32,000 bases of DNA from Candidatus Saccharimonadota bacterium (GTDB lineage Bacteria > Bacillota_I > Bacilli_A > Mycoplasmatales > Hepatoplasmataceae): positions 60,001-92,000 of the forward strand of contig NZ_CP006932.1 of assembly GCF_000582535.1 (NCBI RefSeq), in the 5' to 3' direction. Numbering within the stretch: the first letter of the stretch is position 1; each line of letters opens with the position of its first letter. Below are positions 31,413 through 32,000 of the stretch, piece after piece. Position numbers and translations under genes: made by a program. Under the pieces are notes generated by a model, which was given only the letters and a program-made list of their open reading frames with translations, was not told the DNA's origin and made no database searches.

Positions 31413-32000
31413 GATACTAGGTTTAGGGGGCCTAGACGAAAAAGCAAAAGATTTATATGTGTTAGAAATTGATTCTAAAATATTTATTTTAGATTCGGGG
31501 GTTTTTGAACCATTTTCTTCTCTTTTAGGAATAAATTATTTTATTCCTAAAATTGATTATTTAAAAGAAAATATTGATAAAGTAAAAGGAATTTTTTTAT
31601 CTTCTCCTAATAGGAGTATGCTCGGAGCAATTCCACAAATTCTTAAATTGTTCCCAAAAATCAAAGTTTATGGTTCAAGTATTACAATTAAATCTTTAGA
31701 TGTATTTTTTAAAGATAATTTTTATGTTAAAAAAGCACTTAAAAATGTAATAACAGAAAAAGATTCACTAAAAATAGATGACATATTAATAAGAGTTATT
31801 GATTTAAATGGTTCTTGTCCTGGAACTTTAGGTTATGTTTTTAATACAAAAGATGGAAATATTTTTTATCTCTCTTCTTATATTTTTGATTATATTGAAG
31901 AATATAAAATTTCAATTTTTGATCATATTAAAAAATATACAATTGAAAAAAATCTTTTACTAATATCTGATTCTTTAAATATGAATAGAAATTCATCAAT
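31399..32000 (+). CDS. RNase J-like metallo-beta-lactamase-fold protein, N-terminal part (continues beyond window); catalytic motifs degenerate
   Basis: ATG at 31399 overlaps the rluD end by 14 nt. The frame stays open to the window edge, so it is absent from the track. 'RILGLGGLDEKAKDLYVLEIDSKIFILDSG' and 'KVKGIFL...LGAIPQIL' are colinear with the RNase J N-terminus. The HxHxDH site instead reads 'SSPNRS' (31600-31617). Confidence 0.6.
   Translation, partial: MSKIRILGLGGLDEKAKDLYVLEIDSKIFILDSGVFEPFSSLLGINYFIPKIDYLKENIDKVKGIFLSSPNRSMLGAIPQILKLFPKIKVYGSSITIKSLDVFFKDNFYVKKALKNVITEKDSLKIDDILIRVIDLNGSCPGTLGYVFNTKDGNIFYLSSYIFDYIEEYKISIFDHIKKYTIEKNLLLISDSLNMNRNSS

Noticed and set aside
1-32000. 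Interpreting the many TGA-interrupted conserved genes as pseudogenes or a decaying genome
   Set aside because: The interruptions are exclusively TGA, never TAA or TAG. They coincide with Trp positions, and a tRNA-Trp(UCA) is encoded in the window. Code 4 explains all of them.
1-32000. CRISPR arrays, IS elements, integrases, prophage or rRNA genes
   Set aside because: I found no regularly spaced direct repeats, and no transposase, integrase or phage-like ORFs. The region flanking the tRNA cluster contains only a terminator and degV. Abundant short A/T-rich repeats are compositional.

Overview
This 32 kb window is extremely AT-rich and densely packed with genes. It reads as a Mollicutes (mycoplasma-like) chromosome using genetic code 4, where TGA encodes Trp. 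The supplied ORF track used the standard code, so almost every real gene appears split at in-frame TGA codons. I rejoined fragments only where I read the gaps codon by codon (or the flanking frames matched) and found TGA but no TAA or TAG. Direct support for the recoding is a tandem pair tRNA-Trp(UCA) and tRNA-Trp(CCA) at 12652-12853. Most of the window is housekeeping: asnS, tsaD, folD, pcrA, pstB, proS, acpP, two degV paralogs, an M42 peptidase, tyrS, ppa, tig, lon, valS, rluD and four tRNA or tRNA-like loci. I saw no rRNA, CRISPR array, transposase, integrase or prophage signature. The least ordinary region is a two-gene convergent islet between tyrS and ppa (18375-21484). It holds a 393-aa protein with a sigma-70 region-4-like HTH and a 643-aa KAP-family P-loop NTPase with a transmembrane hairpin between Walker A and Walker B. 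This is the best candidate here for an accessory or conflict-type module, but the evidence is motif-level only. Other items worth a second look: an aberrant tRNA-like gene with an expanded anticodon arm, a PstB with a ~208-aa coiled-coil N-terminal extension and no adjacent pstSCA, an RNase J-like gene whose metal-binding motifs are all substituted, and several lineage-specific orphan ORFs. All family assignments come from motif recognition by eye. No database search was run.
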